Assembly (NCBI RefSeq): GCF_046119375.1
Contig: NW_027362773.1
Location: forward strand, 130,758,001 to 130,822,000
From: Phyllobates terribilis
Lineage: Eukaryota
Direction: 5' to 3'
Length of the DNA stretch: 64,000 nucleotides
Shown here: piece by piece, positions 1 to 12,900 of the stretch
Layout: every line of letters starts with the position of its first letter
Position numbering within the stretch: the stretch's first letter is position 1
Notes under the pieces: model-generated
Told to the model about the DNA's origin: nothing
The model's input: the letters and a program-made list of their open reading frames with translations, nothing else
Databases searched by the model: none
Program-made: the position numbers and the translations under genes

Positions 1-2180
1 AACACTGGCGGTTACTCAATAAGCATTGAGGGTATATGAGACGTTTTACATTTCTAGAACTTCCTATGTCTTATAAAATGGCCAACGTGACCAAAATTGT
101 CACATCCTCCATACACATCTGGCCCAAGTAGCAAAGATTGAGAGCATTTTCCCACTATATATATATGACACTGGATATGCCATAAATGTCTGATAGGTGG
201 GGGTTCTGCATCTTAGACTTCAACATATTGGGAAAATATAAATCCCCCAACCCCCATTCTACCTGTCAAGAAAACATAGACTCCATTTTTTTCCATTAAT
301 CTCATAGACATTAATTACATGATCTGTAATATATACACCATATATAGCTTCATCTCCGGTAAACCATTCTCTGCACAGATGGTTATTCATAACGGTTAGC
401 AAAATATACATATATCAGATTTCTCTCCTCCCAGGAGGGAAAACACCATCTGTACAGGTTCCATGTAATCTGTAATAAACCTATAAGCATCAGCCTATCT
501 GTACCATGATAGATGTCCAAAATCTAATTATAAGAGAAAAAACTAAACAGCGCCCGCCCTTACTTTATAATACCCATCCATTATATTATGAAGATTCTTA
601 TTATTCTACAGAATTTAGAGTTTCTGATCAGTACAGAGAGCAAACGCAACACAACACGGCTGCAAATCACATGTATAGATAAGAGTCTGGATGTTCTCAG
701 TCACCAGATGTTGCATTTAGCTGGAAAAGACTCAAAAGTGAAGAAATCCCAATCATGCGGCTTTTAGATCACGTCCTATCTATGGGGTATTTTTTTTTAC
801 ACATGACTTGGCTTTTTCATCCAAATTTCTTTTTTAAAAAATGCTGACGGAACAAACCCAATATTCTTTTTTTTTGTTTCCTAAAAAACACAGCACAACC
901 AGGTTTATTTTTTTTTTCTTTTTGGGTCAGATGTTACCTGTGCATTGACAACTTCCATGTATTAGCAATGGATCCACCGTAGCGGGAATTATGCATGATG
1001 TATCTGTAAAATCGAATGCTGTACTGTGTAGGGGGATAAAAAATCAGATAGCATTTGTCCGATCTATACACTTGTGTGACCGAGTCCTTAGTATAAGACT
1101 TTGCTCAGAAGGTCGGATGGGCGCATTATGTGATACATTATACATGCAGAATTGCATTATGAGTCGTCTCGAGCCAATATCATTAGATCGTTCTAGTTTT
1201 CCATGCCGCCCTTTATTGAACGCGTCTTTACATTAATTATCAGCATATTATGGAGAATCATTCTGCTCCCTATTCACAAGCTGACATTATTTTGGAGCTG
1301 CGTTGCCTTCTGTCTCATCCAATATTGCTCCGAGTGTCCTACAGATAAAGCATAGGCTATTAAAACTCATGCTGACGTGCTATTGTGACTATGCATATCA
1401 ATCCTCTACCCATGATAAAAAAATATGCCCAATGTAGAATGGAAAGAAACAGAAGGGCACCTTGACAAAGCAAAGTACTATCAAGGGCACTGAAATCAGA
1501 TCTGAGAAGCATTACCCAAATCATGGTGGAGCACACATAGTTCGTATGGATTTATTAAAGGTTGGCATTGTAAATAGTAACCCAATGTTCCCATTAAGTA
1601 AAAGTTCTCTATAAATACCCAGGAGTGACCTACGGGAACGATGGCTCCATTCATCTAGTGTGAGAATTGCAGAATTAATCTTTATGGTTTGGGACTAAGG
1701 ACAGATGTTAAATGGGCGGTCGGGTTCCTTCGTGTTAACTAGTGCAAGATCAAGGATGGGTGGCCAAGGTTCTTCACGTTAACAGGCTATAAAGTCAAGT
1801 GCTGGATAAAATGAATGATAGGCTGGCAGGCGACATATTCTGATCTGGGCTACGAAGAGTAACTATAGGAGTAGTATACAGATGCCAAACTGCAATTAGA
1901 CAACCAAAAGTTCTAATTCTCCGCAGATCCGAAGCGTTGCTGGGATGGTTCGGGATGATGTGCACCAGGGTTACGGTAATAGGTATGGCACAGATGGAAC
2001 GAGCCGGCAAATATTCAGCCACACATTGCTTTAGCAGATGACCGTGACGAGGGTTTATGGGATTTAAATAATGCTCATGAATAAGTAACATTGCTGCAGC
2101 AGAAGGTTTTGCAGATCATGAGCCTGCACTGAATATAGACGCCCGCAGCACCATGACTGTAGCTTCCTGTGACATCTTAC

Positions 2181-2439
2181 CTGCTGTGTGACACCGCTGG
2201 CGAAGAGGTCCTTGTCACTGAGATGTAGCAGGAATCCACTCCCTGATGTAGAGGAGGCCAGAGATGTGTAGAAGGGGAGACTGAAGGAGGGTGAAGAGGA
2301 GGAGGAGGAGAGATACAGAGAGGAGGGGGAAGAGAGGGAGATGAGAGTGAGGAAAAGAACCCTGCCCCTATAGGAGAGCTAGAGAGGAGGAGGAGGTGTG
2401 ACACCGAAGAGAGGAGCAGGGGCACCACTCATCGATTGG
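2181..2439 (-). other. Putative non-coding first exon plus CCAAT box of the next minus-strand gene (SLC25A22 by synteny, not confirmed)
   Basis: On the minus strand: CCAAT at 2439-2435, then ~240 nt of pyrimidine-rich UTR-like sequence ending in a strong donor CAG|GTAAGA (intron starts at 2180). No coding exon of this gene is visible in the window, so identity rests only on recalled human gene order. Confidence 0.4.
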
Positions 2440-3310
2440 AGACCAGACCAGAAATATTAAAAAAAAAATAAATAAAAAAAAATACACAAAAAAAAATAAT
2501 CCTGATCTTTTATGGGATGCAGAAGAAAGAGCGATGGAGGAGATCTAGAAAGGAAGTGCTCTATACTGTGTGCAATATAGAAACTGAGCCCCACCGGGTG
2601 TGCACAGCACAAGGGGGAAGTGTTCAATAATTCGCGGAAGTCAGCAGTTCAAATTAATTTTTACACAGTGAAAATCTGCAGCCTCAGACAATCTGTCACT
2701 TGTTCTTATCGGCTGAGCTGGAAAAGTGATATTTGACCCAATAAAAATAAATACCAGGGTTACAAATCCCGATGCAGGATAGTGGCACCCTCTACTGATA
2801 CCGCAGGGAGGTGCAACTTCAACAGATTGATGATACAAGAAGAGTAGATCAGGGTCACCAACCAACCCGAAATTCCTGGACAGTCCATAAAAACGGAGCA
2901 CTTTTTCCACCGTATGCAAAAAAAAAGTTTTGTACCTGAAAAAAAAAATAAAATAAAGTTGCAACCCCGGAGTGGATCCAACAACAGCAATTTACAACTA
3001 CGTACAGAGTGGAGATATTTCTGGAGTTTTTCTTTGATTCTTCGAGTTGAGAATATTTTTAGTTTGAAAATGTAAAGTTAATTCATTTCAGAAATTCTTT
3101 TTATTGATTTCTGGTGTGCAGAGAATAATATATCAGAAAATGGAGCTGATTTTAGATAACTGAGAAGAGATGCAAGTGCCAGTCAGATCTAATTTAACTT
3201 TCACTCGTCCTGATATTTCCGATACTGGAAAAAACAGTACCGGAGATATCCGTGTCGGTGTTCACCTGGGTGGCAACCGTGTGCCGCCCTTGTGCCCATC
3301 AGTATCACAC

Positions 3311-4073
3311 GTTCCCAAGTGCCGGGTGCTGAAAGTATCTCTCATCATTGTCCCCTGACTGCGCTGATATCAGCGCGAGCAAGGCACAATGTTGAGAATA
3401 GTATTTTGCCCCTGCTACCTCCAACAAGTGTAAAAATAAGAATAAAATAAAAAACACATTATACCCACATTTAAACCTAATTCTCTGTAGCCATTGTCCC
3501 CTGTAAAGAAACCAAAAATAAAATAGAACAATATCCCTCACCTGTCCGAGGATTAAATAATCCAGTGTCCCATGCCGTAATCCATCTGTGCGACATTTCT
3601 CCATCAGCATCTGCGGTGGCTTGAGGCGAACGCACACGCTGAGGAACAGAGGAGAATGTCTCGCTGCAGCAATCAGGCCCCTAACCTGCGCTGAGCTCAG
3701 TGAGTTCAGGGGCCCGCTCGCTGCATTAAATCATTCTCCTCTGCTCCTCAGCGTGTGGTCGTCTCAAGCCACCGATCACGCTGATGAAGAAATGTCAGAT
3801 GGATTACTGCGTGGGATACTCGATTATTTAATCTTCTGACAGGTTAGGGATATTGTTCTTTTTTATTTTTGGTTTGTTTACAGGGGACAATGGCTCCAGG
3901 GAATTAGGTTTAAAGGTGGGTATGATGTGTTTTTTATTTTATTCTTATTTTTACACTTGTTGGAGACAGCGGGAGGTGAATACTATTGTCAACATTGTCC
4001 CCTGCTCCCGCTGATCTCAGCGCAAGCAGAGGACAATGATAAGAGCAGCCTTCAGCACCCAGTGCTTGGGAAC
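3311..4073. mobile_element. Long foldback (palindromic) non-autonomous DNA element; may extend to about 3200-4320
   Basis: 3311-3660 is the imperfect reverse complement of 3730-4073 (e.g. GTTCCCAAGTGCCGGGTGCTGAA vs TTCAGCACCCAGTGCTTGGGAAC). Confidence 0.75.
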
Positions 4074-4739
4074 AGCGCTAACTGTACACTGATTCCCAGG
4101 CGCCGGTACGTGTCACACTGATGTCATCAGTGTGCATGTGTGTGGGACATTTTGCGTTCCGTGCTGCGTGCAAAAAACAGACATGTCAGAATTTTTTGCC
4201 CACAGACATACGGTCCACAGACTCATTCATTTGAATGGGTCTGTGTGTGTATGTGTTTCAAGTACGTGTGAAAACTGGCACCACATGAACCGGAGACACT
4301 GACATGTGAAAGAGATCTTAGACAGTGTGTATAGACTACAGACAGGATATTAGCATGCATACCCCACTAACAAACTGTGTAAATAATACTAAATAAGAAT
4401 AATTGAAAATACAAATACTAAATAAAATTAAAAATAATAAAAATAGTGCTACACAGCACCAAAGTGCTTTCAAACAAGCAACAGTAAGGCGCCCCCTAGT
4501 TGTTGGTGGGGTGCAGCTAAGGAGGCAGTTTTCATAGATTAGCAGAATAGATTCTTTTGACTGGCTGTTACTGCTGACATATGTTCTGATAGGGCTTCTT
4601 GTAACCTGTATTTTTACCAGTAGCAGCGAATCAACCCCATATCATTTACAGGTTTTTATAAAGTTTATAAATCATATTCTCCTGTCATTCAGCCTTAAAT
4701 ATATTTAATAAGTATAGATGTACCTTGATCAACAGCTTC

Positions 4740-5405
4740 CCCCACACACACAGTATGATGTCCCCACACACAGTATGATGTCCCTACTCACGCAGTATGA
4801 TGTCCCCACAGCCTCGAACTCGCAATATGATGTTCCTACAACCCCATACACACAGTATGATGTCCCCAAAGCCCCAAACTCACAGAATGATGTCCCAACA
4901 GCTCTACACACACAGAATCATATCCCCATAGCCCCACACATGCATAAAGATTAGTGATGAGCGAGTGTGCGTGTTTAACCCTTTAAACGAGCACGCTCGG
5001 GTACTCGCCGAATAGTTTCGGCGTGCTCGGCATTTCAGTAACAGCTGCCGCGGCTGCATGTGTCACATCTGTTAAACAGCTGTGAAAAATGCAGGGATAG
5101 CCTGTTTGACAAGCTATCCCTGCATGTGTCACAGCTGTCTAACAGATGTAACACATGCAGCCAAAACGGCTGTTAATGAAATGCTGAGCACGCCGAAACT
5201 GCTCGGTGAGTACCCGAGCGTGCTCGTTTAAAGGGTTAAACGAGCATGCTCACTCATCACTAATAATGATGCCCTACACATGCAATATGATGTCCCCACA
5301 GACTCACACATGCACAGTGATGACCCCACAGCTTCCCCACACAAGTGATAGGTCCCCACATCCCCATACACAATATTATGGCACACCGCATTTCCCCCAC
5401 ACAGG
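4740..5405 (+). repeat. Degenerate ~27-bp minisatellite (CAGTATGATGTCCCCACA core) split by a MITE
   Basis: TATGATGTCCC cores recur at 4755-4910 and again at 5265-5400. Confidence 0.8.
4952..5262. mobile_element. Palindromic MITE (Harbinger-like ends)
   Basis: Termini TAGTGATGAGCGAG / CTCACTCATCACTA, internal inverted arms, TWA-type flanks. Confidence 0.8.
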
Positions 5406-6419
5406 TACTGATTGATAATTGAAAACAAAACCGACTCACCTCATCCCGTTCCCTCCGATAAGTTACTCTGCTTTCCACACTGCGTACTGAATATGGCGTT
5501 ATTCGAACTTGCTGAGCGATTCACATGCACAAGCTTAATGATGTTCATTATTGTATTCTCCGATATCTGCGTTCTGAGAATGTATATACTGGTGAAATTG
5601 AGACGCCGAGTGGTGAGCGGCCGCCTGGTGCAATATTCCACTGCATCTAGCCCTTTGGCTGTCCCGATTTGCGTGCCATACAGAAACAACCAAGGGTTAG
5701 ATATTGCCCATGGGCCGCACTTTGAACAGGTCTGACTTATTCTATACTTATTTTAATGTTAGTATTCAGGAGCAAAAAGAAGGAAAATTTGAGAGATATT
5801 TGTAGTCTGAACTTCCATAACAGATGGTGAGGCCCAAACATCATCTTAGCCTGTCTGGTGAGGCCCCCGAAGAAGAAGTTTATACAGTTCCCAGATAATG
5901 CTATCATACAGGACTCACATAGTTGCACCCAAAAGTTTCTATAAAATATATTGTAGTTACCAAATATTAAAGGCTGGGTTCAAATAGCATTCGTCACTAT
6001 GTTCAGTGGCTCCATTTTGGCTTACGTCCGACTCCCTGCAAAATGGGATTCAGGGCTTATTCGCCAACGGGGCCATTGACTATAGTGATGTAGACGGAGT
6101 CACAGTGCGCTCTGTCGTGCATCATTTTCAGCCATATACGCCTACGGGAGGCGGGCAGCAAGACTTAGACTACGATGTGAGGACACAAACACAGCATCAT
6201 AGCTTGTTGCATACAGTGCTGATCAGCCGCAGAGTACACATGACAATGAACTTACATTCTCTTGTACATGGTGGGGAATGGTAGATGCTTGATCATTGCT
6301 TACCTGTTATAGAAATGGCCTGGCATTCCTACAGATGTTACTTGAACACGTACCGCAAATCTTAACATTGTTCCAGATCATGGTAATGGTATTCCCTAGT
6401 TGCAGTAGGTAAGTATATG

Positions 6420-6560
6420 GTAGAAGAAAGACGCTAAATTGGCGCTGTCACTCCAACAGAAGATAGCGGGTACAGGAAAAGATGCTATTTTATTTGTACA
6501 GTGTCTAAAAAGCTTACGCGTTTCGGGGATCTTCTACCTTCATAAGACCAAAAACGAGGC
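6420..6560 (-). mobile_element. Penelope-like LTR remnant with degenerate minimal hammerhead motif
   Basis: Minus strand reads CTTATGA-aggtagaagatcccc-GAAAC-GC-GTA, followed by AATAAA; one core mismatch versus CUGANGA. Confidence 0.45.
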
Positions 6561-6959
6561 ATGCTCCATTTTAGCATTCTACAATATATTTATTCTTGTT
6601 CCATAAACCATCCGTAACTCCACCAGGAGACGGCAGGTATTAGCAGTCACTACTGTTACTGTAACAAGGTGATATACGCTTTCAAAAAACATTAAAAAGG
6701 TGAGCACTCCATTGTTGTGTACCGCTGCTGCACGTCTGTATGACTGAAAGCTGGGGGCTCACCGGAGGAATACAGTTCATTTCTTCACGGTAGCCGCACT
6801 GTCAATAAGGAGGCCGAACAGCACGAAAATACTATTTATCTGCAGATTAACCCCATATCTGCATGTTAATAGCGTTTGGAAACATGACCGGTTCCCTTTT
6901 AACCCACATTGTATTACAGTCTTGTTCATGTAGAGCAATCTTGTCATAGTTTGATCATT

Positions 6960-7490
6960 GACTGTGGCATAGGGACGCTGTCAGTGACAGCTCAGCCGCC
7001 CTAAGGGATCTGGGCTGAGGGTTTTGTGAGTGACAGTCCAGTCATCCAATCTGATCCTGGGGTGTGCTGGGCTGTCAGCATTTTGATTGGCAGTACGGTT
7101 GCTCAATCTGGTTTGGCCTGCAGGCGTTTCCCCAGGTGCCCCATCCTCAAATGATTTGCAAGATATTTAGCTGGCTCGCTGTGAGCAGCAGATTGTCAGT
7201 TGTAGCTTTGTTTAGTTAGGTGTGTGAGCTTGCTCTGTGTCTGACTTCTTATCTTGTTGATGACCTCAGATTTGTTGTGACTATTTGTGTGGATTATCCC
7301 TTCTGCTTTTGATGGTATCTGACCCCGGACTTGGCCGCTGACTCTCCGTTTGTTGTACTCCCTGGTTTTGACCCCGGACTGATACCTGACCACATCTTTG
7401 TCTTACTCTTCTGTACTACGAGCCCTCCAGGTATCTGACCTTGGACCTCCTGACTACCCTGTCTCATGGCTTGCCTGTCATCATCACAAA
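6960..7490 (+). mobile_element. Gypsy-like LTR fragment
   Basis: LTR-like composition with repeated GACCCCGGACT/CTGACC motifs; no TSD could be identified. Confidence 0.3.
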
Positions 7491-9070
7491 TCTGATATTA
7501 TGGCTCTACAGAATAAAAACATAATATTCCTGATTTCCACTATCTGGGCACTACTTGATTTCCAGCTGTATAACCACTATTGTGGTAACCACATTATATA
7601 TCAGACATAGTATGAAGCGAGCAAAAAACAGAAGAAACTGTATTAAATTTTGTTTATTAAAGTTTTATTCTGTTAGAATAATGTACAGTATCTATTTACA
7701 CAAGATTTCATTTTTATATTTAAAGAAACATTTTAGGAAAACCTATCACATTGTTTAATGACCGTGCAGTAAATGAAGAGAGAACATATCATCATCTGAG
7801 ACCCTGCGTCTTTCGGGAACGCTCCTCCAAAAGCAGCAGCTCAGACATATTTATAAATCTTTTCTATAAATATATTTACACAAATATACAGAAAATGATA
7901 CAAAACTATACAGCTAAACATACAATAAAATAGTGGGAAATCCGTCCTACATAGACTAATATTTGATTTCTTATCTGGCTAAAATTAATTATTGCAAATG
8001 TCATTCTATAATAAGGTTTGGATCCAATTTCTAAAGCATTTTGTAAAATGACTCCAAAGAAAATGTTTCACCTTAAAATGGAAACAGAATTCTACAAAAC
8101 CATCCCTTTAATAATGAAAATGCTTTAATTTTCATTATATTATTTATGTGTTAAGATATTTTTTTTTTCGGTGCAATGATACATTTGGCAGCAATTAGAT
8201 TCCAGCGCCCCTATGACAACACTTCCGTTCCAAGATGTGCAGCAAAATCACATGTCATATCGATGTTCTCATTCTGGATTCTGCTAGTCTGCAAATACTA
8301 AAGTGGATGTATTACCAGATTTCACAAAACAAACTGCATACTTTATTAAATAAATTTCTTAGATTTGAAGTGGCTGCTGTACTTACTTTGAAAATCCTAA
8401 TCATTATTGAAAGTTTCCCCTGCTTAAAATTAAAAAGAGCATTTTTGGACTCCATCACTTGCAGGACTCATAAAATACTAATTTTAAGTTGAGGATTATG
8501 CAGCCATTCTAGCATGAATTTCCAAAGTAAGTAGCCCAGCCTCATCAGGTTTATGCTGCTTGTATTTCGCAAAATCTGGTGAGAGATCCTCTCTGAAGTG
8601 GTTGTTAGGGATTCATTTTTAATTCAGACATAGAAAATAATAAATACAGCTCTGCGCATCATCCCCAAATCCATTGACGGACATTATGACTACAGAGCAG
8701 GTGACTACTGCAGCCCAGTGATTGGCTGTGGGCATTACATCAACACAGACAGGGGCGGCGGCTGAGAGATATAGCAATGGACCTGGGGAGGATGAGAAGA
8801 GCTGATGTTGATATATTATACAACAGCAAGACTGGAATTAATCATAGCCAAGGAGAGATGTCCTATCAGGTTCAGGGACCCAACAATAAGGTACGCCTTG
8901 ATGATGGCTACTGGGCTCACATACATTGGCCATTTTATGCACTAAGTACCTTCTTTTTACTGTAATTTTTCTATAACAATATTGCAGTTCCATTTTTCCA
9001 ATATTCCATATGTACATAATGTAGCGTTTACCTATTTTCTACCGCAGTAATGCAGTTCCAATTTTTTAAA

Positions 9071-9076
9071 TTTATT
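9071..9076 (-). terminator. PIDD1: Candidate PIDD1 polyadenylation signal AATAAA
   Basis: First canonical minus-strand AATAAA found downstream of the stop codon (~670 nt away); not validated. Confidence 0.3.
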
Positions 9077-9361
9077 ATTCTTAGCATTTCAGAGTGCAGC
9101 TATATTTTCTATTGGAATTAATCATGGGCAATCTCATTAATGTAAATTCAATTTATATAAGTATTTTTCTATATCTGTATATAAATACTAATAAATTAAT
9201 TATGGCAAGTACACATTTTTGTCTACCTCCTTATTGTCTTTAGCATCTACAAATCCAATCCCTTTACCATATCTGTTAAAGCAGAGAGGAAAATTCTCAA
9301 TCTCTTACAATACATACTGAAAAAAAAGAGGCAGAAGAACAACAGTAAAGGTAACTACAGT

Positions 9362-9627
9362 CAGGCTCGGACTGGCCGTCGGGAGAACAGGAGAATCATC
9401 CGGTAGGCCGCCTGTGAGTCCTAATGAGCAGTGCTATTAAACCTGATTCACAATTTGCAGAAAAAGGTATAATCGAATCATTCATTAAACAAGCTAGCCA
9501 AGTTAATATTACATAGAAGCAAAAGTAAATTTGTGTATTAGGGTCAGGCTATTTTTGAAGGCAGCTGAACAGTGAGCGCCAAGAATCAATGTTACTAGTG
9601 GGCCTTTGCTTATCCAGTCCGACACTA
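9362..9627. mobile_element. hAT-type MITE in the probable PIDD1 3' UTR
   Basis: TIRs CAGGCTCGGACTGG / CCAGTCCGACACTA and an 8-bp TSD ACTACAGT (9354-9361) / ACTCCAGT (9628-9635), 7/8 identical. Confidence 0.75.
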
Positions 9628-9744
9628 ACTCCAGTTATTAAATGTGCCAGTGAACATGGCAGAAAGACCATACTATGGGATGTCCGTGGCCCAGTATGGT
9701 CTATGTAAGTGTCAGCGAGTCTCCAGCTTATGTCCATTCTGACC

Positions 9745-9988
9745 TCACGACTGGCTCATGGCGATGGCAGAGTCTTCGCTGCTGTTGCCTTGGTCCAAGC
9801 CGACTCTCCGGATGGACTGTGTGTATTTTTCCTTCCCCAGTTTGATCACATCTTCTATTTCGTCAGCGATGTCGTTCCTTTTACTATCCCTCATGGCCTG
9901 CACCAACTTCTGTACGCAGTCCGGCTGCGTAGAGTTATTCCGGGCCCAGAGAAATATCATATCCAAGATTACCTGGTTCATGTCATTG
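9745..9988 (-). CDS. PIDD1: PIDD1 exon 16 (death domain C-half, stop)
   Basis: CCCCAG|C AAT GAC ATG; NDMNQVILDMIFLWA...KLGKEKYTQSIRRVGL. Confidence 0.93.
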
Positions 9989-12900
9989 CTGGGGAGACAC
10001 AACGTAAGAATGTTGGAAGCATTATCTTCATCACATATTGAGAATTCTACACCCTGTTAAAATACCTTTGGACTATTGAGGGATTCAAGCTTCTATTTAG
10101 CTTTGAGGAGGGCCTCTCTGTTCTCCTGACATGTCTGATGTAGGGAACACTTATGGCACTAACTCTAAGCAGGAACCTCTTCTGCGCCGTATACCAATAA
10201 AAAAGTGAAAGTGTGCCATGAAGGAGAAAGGTAATGCCAGATTATGATTTCTAACATAAAGAATCTCATTTATCATCATAAATTAGACGAGCTGTGGCAT
10301 CATGCCCCCATCCTTACACACCAAGACCCTTTCTTCCACCCATTATAGCCTATAGGTCTGTCTACATTTCCATGTTTTTTTTGGCAGACTGAGTGTCCAT
10401 AAGAAAAAAAGGAATGTCTGTTTTTGATCCTAGTTGTTTAATCGAATCTATGAGTCAGTGAAAAACTTGGATCGCTCACTGATATCATCCTAGTTTCCTC
10501 CGTGTGATGTCCTGTTTTCACTGACAGCTAGGAGAAGCTTGAGAGAGCTCTATCAGTTTTCTTTTTCGGGGGCATGAGAAACACTGATGATAAAAACCAC
10601 TGATGAAAATTTTATTTTATTTTTTTTTACATATGTGACAAACGAACCGGACATTGATTGTTAGTAAGTCCAAATCAGAGATGAAACGTGTACAGAGAAA
10701 ACCATGATGGGAAGATTTGCAACTGCTCCATGTCTCCTGGTTTAACAATCAAATTCACCAAACTAGACGGTAAGGCTATGTTCACACGTTGTATTTTTGT
10801 GGTTTTTTTCTGCAGGCAAAACCTATTCTCTTGGCAGTGAAGAAGCTGCTTACAAAAAACAGGTTTTACTGCTTCTTTTTGCTGTGTTTTTCAGAATCCC
10901 AAAGTCGAGCTTTGCTTCCATCACAGAAGCATGAACACAGTTCACCAATGCAAGACATATGTAAAACCATTTTGGAAAAAAGGCAATTTGATCAAATTAT
11001 TTAGTGGAAAAAGATTTTTATGTCTGAAAAAATAGTGACTATTCTGAACAAAAAAGTTCATATGAGTTCATAAAAAAATACACAATTACAAATTTAACAG
11101 CAGGGGGAGGTGAATTGGTCGGGAATAGTTTACCTAAGGCATTGGCTGAGAATTGAGATTGTAGGACACATTGGTCAGCCCTTGAGTTAATCAGGTATTG
11201 TTCAATTTCACACCTTGGTCGGCCAATGTTTACTTTTTACACATCACTAATTTAATTAAACTGTACTAATTCTAACTGTCATCTCAGGTGAGAGGAGACC
11301 AAGACATTATGGTTTAAACTTGGGAAAAATCACAAAATTAAATGTGCTTCACATACTGCTGTACATGCTTTTTTCACTAAAAACGCAGCAAAACCTTATA
11401 CCGGCATTTTTGCTGCGTTTTTGCAGTTATTCATTGCTTTCTATGGGTGTAAAAAACTCTGAAAAAATGCTGAAAGAAGTGACATGCTGCAGTTTTCAAA
11501 AACGCAGCAGTTTTCCAATTCAGTGAGGAAAATACCTAATGTGTGCGCATGAGATTTCTTAAATCTCATAGCTTTTGCTGGTACTGTAAAACGCAGCTTT
11601 TAATTTGCCTAAGTAAAGCAGCAAAAAATGAAAAATAAACGCAGCAAAAACGCAACGTATGAACATAGCCTAAGACCATATTCCCACAATGGATTTTGGT
11701 GAGTTTTTTTATGCTGTGTAGTTTTGAAAAAAATGCAAGTAACCTATTTTACTTAATGGGTGCAGAAAATGTGCAACATCAAAAATTCACCAAAAGCTCA
11801 TCATGGGAACATAGTCTTAAGATCGGTTTACATGGCCAAAAAATGAGTGCCGATCGGAAAATCTTTACACAGGCAGACCACGGAAAACGGCAGCCTGTTT
11901 ACCTTGAAAAATAATTGTGAAACAAGTATTATGAAAACGCTCATTCGGGATTATTTTTCAGTGTAATTGCACCCTAAGCCTCCATGGGCAATACCATGTA
12001 AATAAGCTGGTGTCAAATAGATGGATTCTCATGGATATAGTTAACAATTCTCATCAAGTGTGGCATGCCTACTAAAGCTGGGGCTACACGGCTACTTTTT
12101 CTTTAACCTCACCAGCCAAACATTAGGGATGCTCGAGCTTACCATGCCAAAAAAGGGACATGTAGATGTTGTGGTTCGCTGCAAATTTGCTACACCGTTC
12201 AGCAACATCCCCCTAACAGTGTAATTGGCAATGATAGCCGCAAAAAGTCCAGCCGCGTCGGATTTTCAGAAACTTGCTTGTTGCAGTCGCAGTACCCTCA
12301 GGATCACAAAGCGACTGTCACGGTGTCACGGGTGTATCTAGTGAGATCCTGGATCCAACTGTAGAAGATCACTGTGCTTGCCATTGTAGACGTCTTCTTG
12401 ATCCTCTCATCTCTGTAGTGTAGTGATATCCTTCTCCCTTTAAGACCCAGCAGTGATCTCCACCTTCTGCTGCTAATTGACACACCCTTGCTTGGTAGTT
12501 AAAAACTCTCACTGTCTCCAGAGAGTCGCCGGTGATAGTTCTATGTTCCTCTGTCCATGCCTGGAGTACTAGTAGTCGGCTAGTGTCTTCTTGGAGATCC
12601 CGTCCCCGTGATCTCTCTGGTGTCTTCTCAAACTAAGTGTATCCCCTTTGTTTGTTTACCTTGTTGTCTTTAGTTACAGTGGGGTCTAACTAGTATTCAC
12701 CCCGTCCCCTCCCTACCTAGGGCATAGCTCTAGGGACATTCAGGGATTAGGTTTCCTGCTCGGCGATAGGTGTGGAACCTATTTAGGGACAATAGGGGGT
12801 CTCCACTCCTCCTTTCCCTAGTTGTTGGACTCCCTTCCCATCGGTGTACACTTGTTCCTTCCCTCACCTTGCATGACAGCGACCCCATTAACTTGTATTG

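Noticed and set aside
4718-4954. ORF with repeated QYDVP motifs
   Set aside because: Translation of a 27-bp minisatellite; it ends at the MITE junction.
6290-6415. Splice-donor-like GTAAGC (minus) and GTAAGT (plus) sites
   Set aside because: No matching acceptor or promoter evidence, so no exon can be supported.
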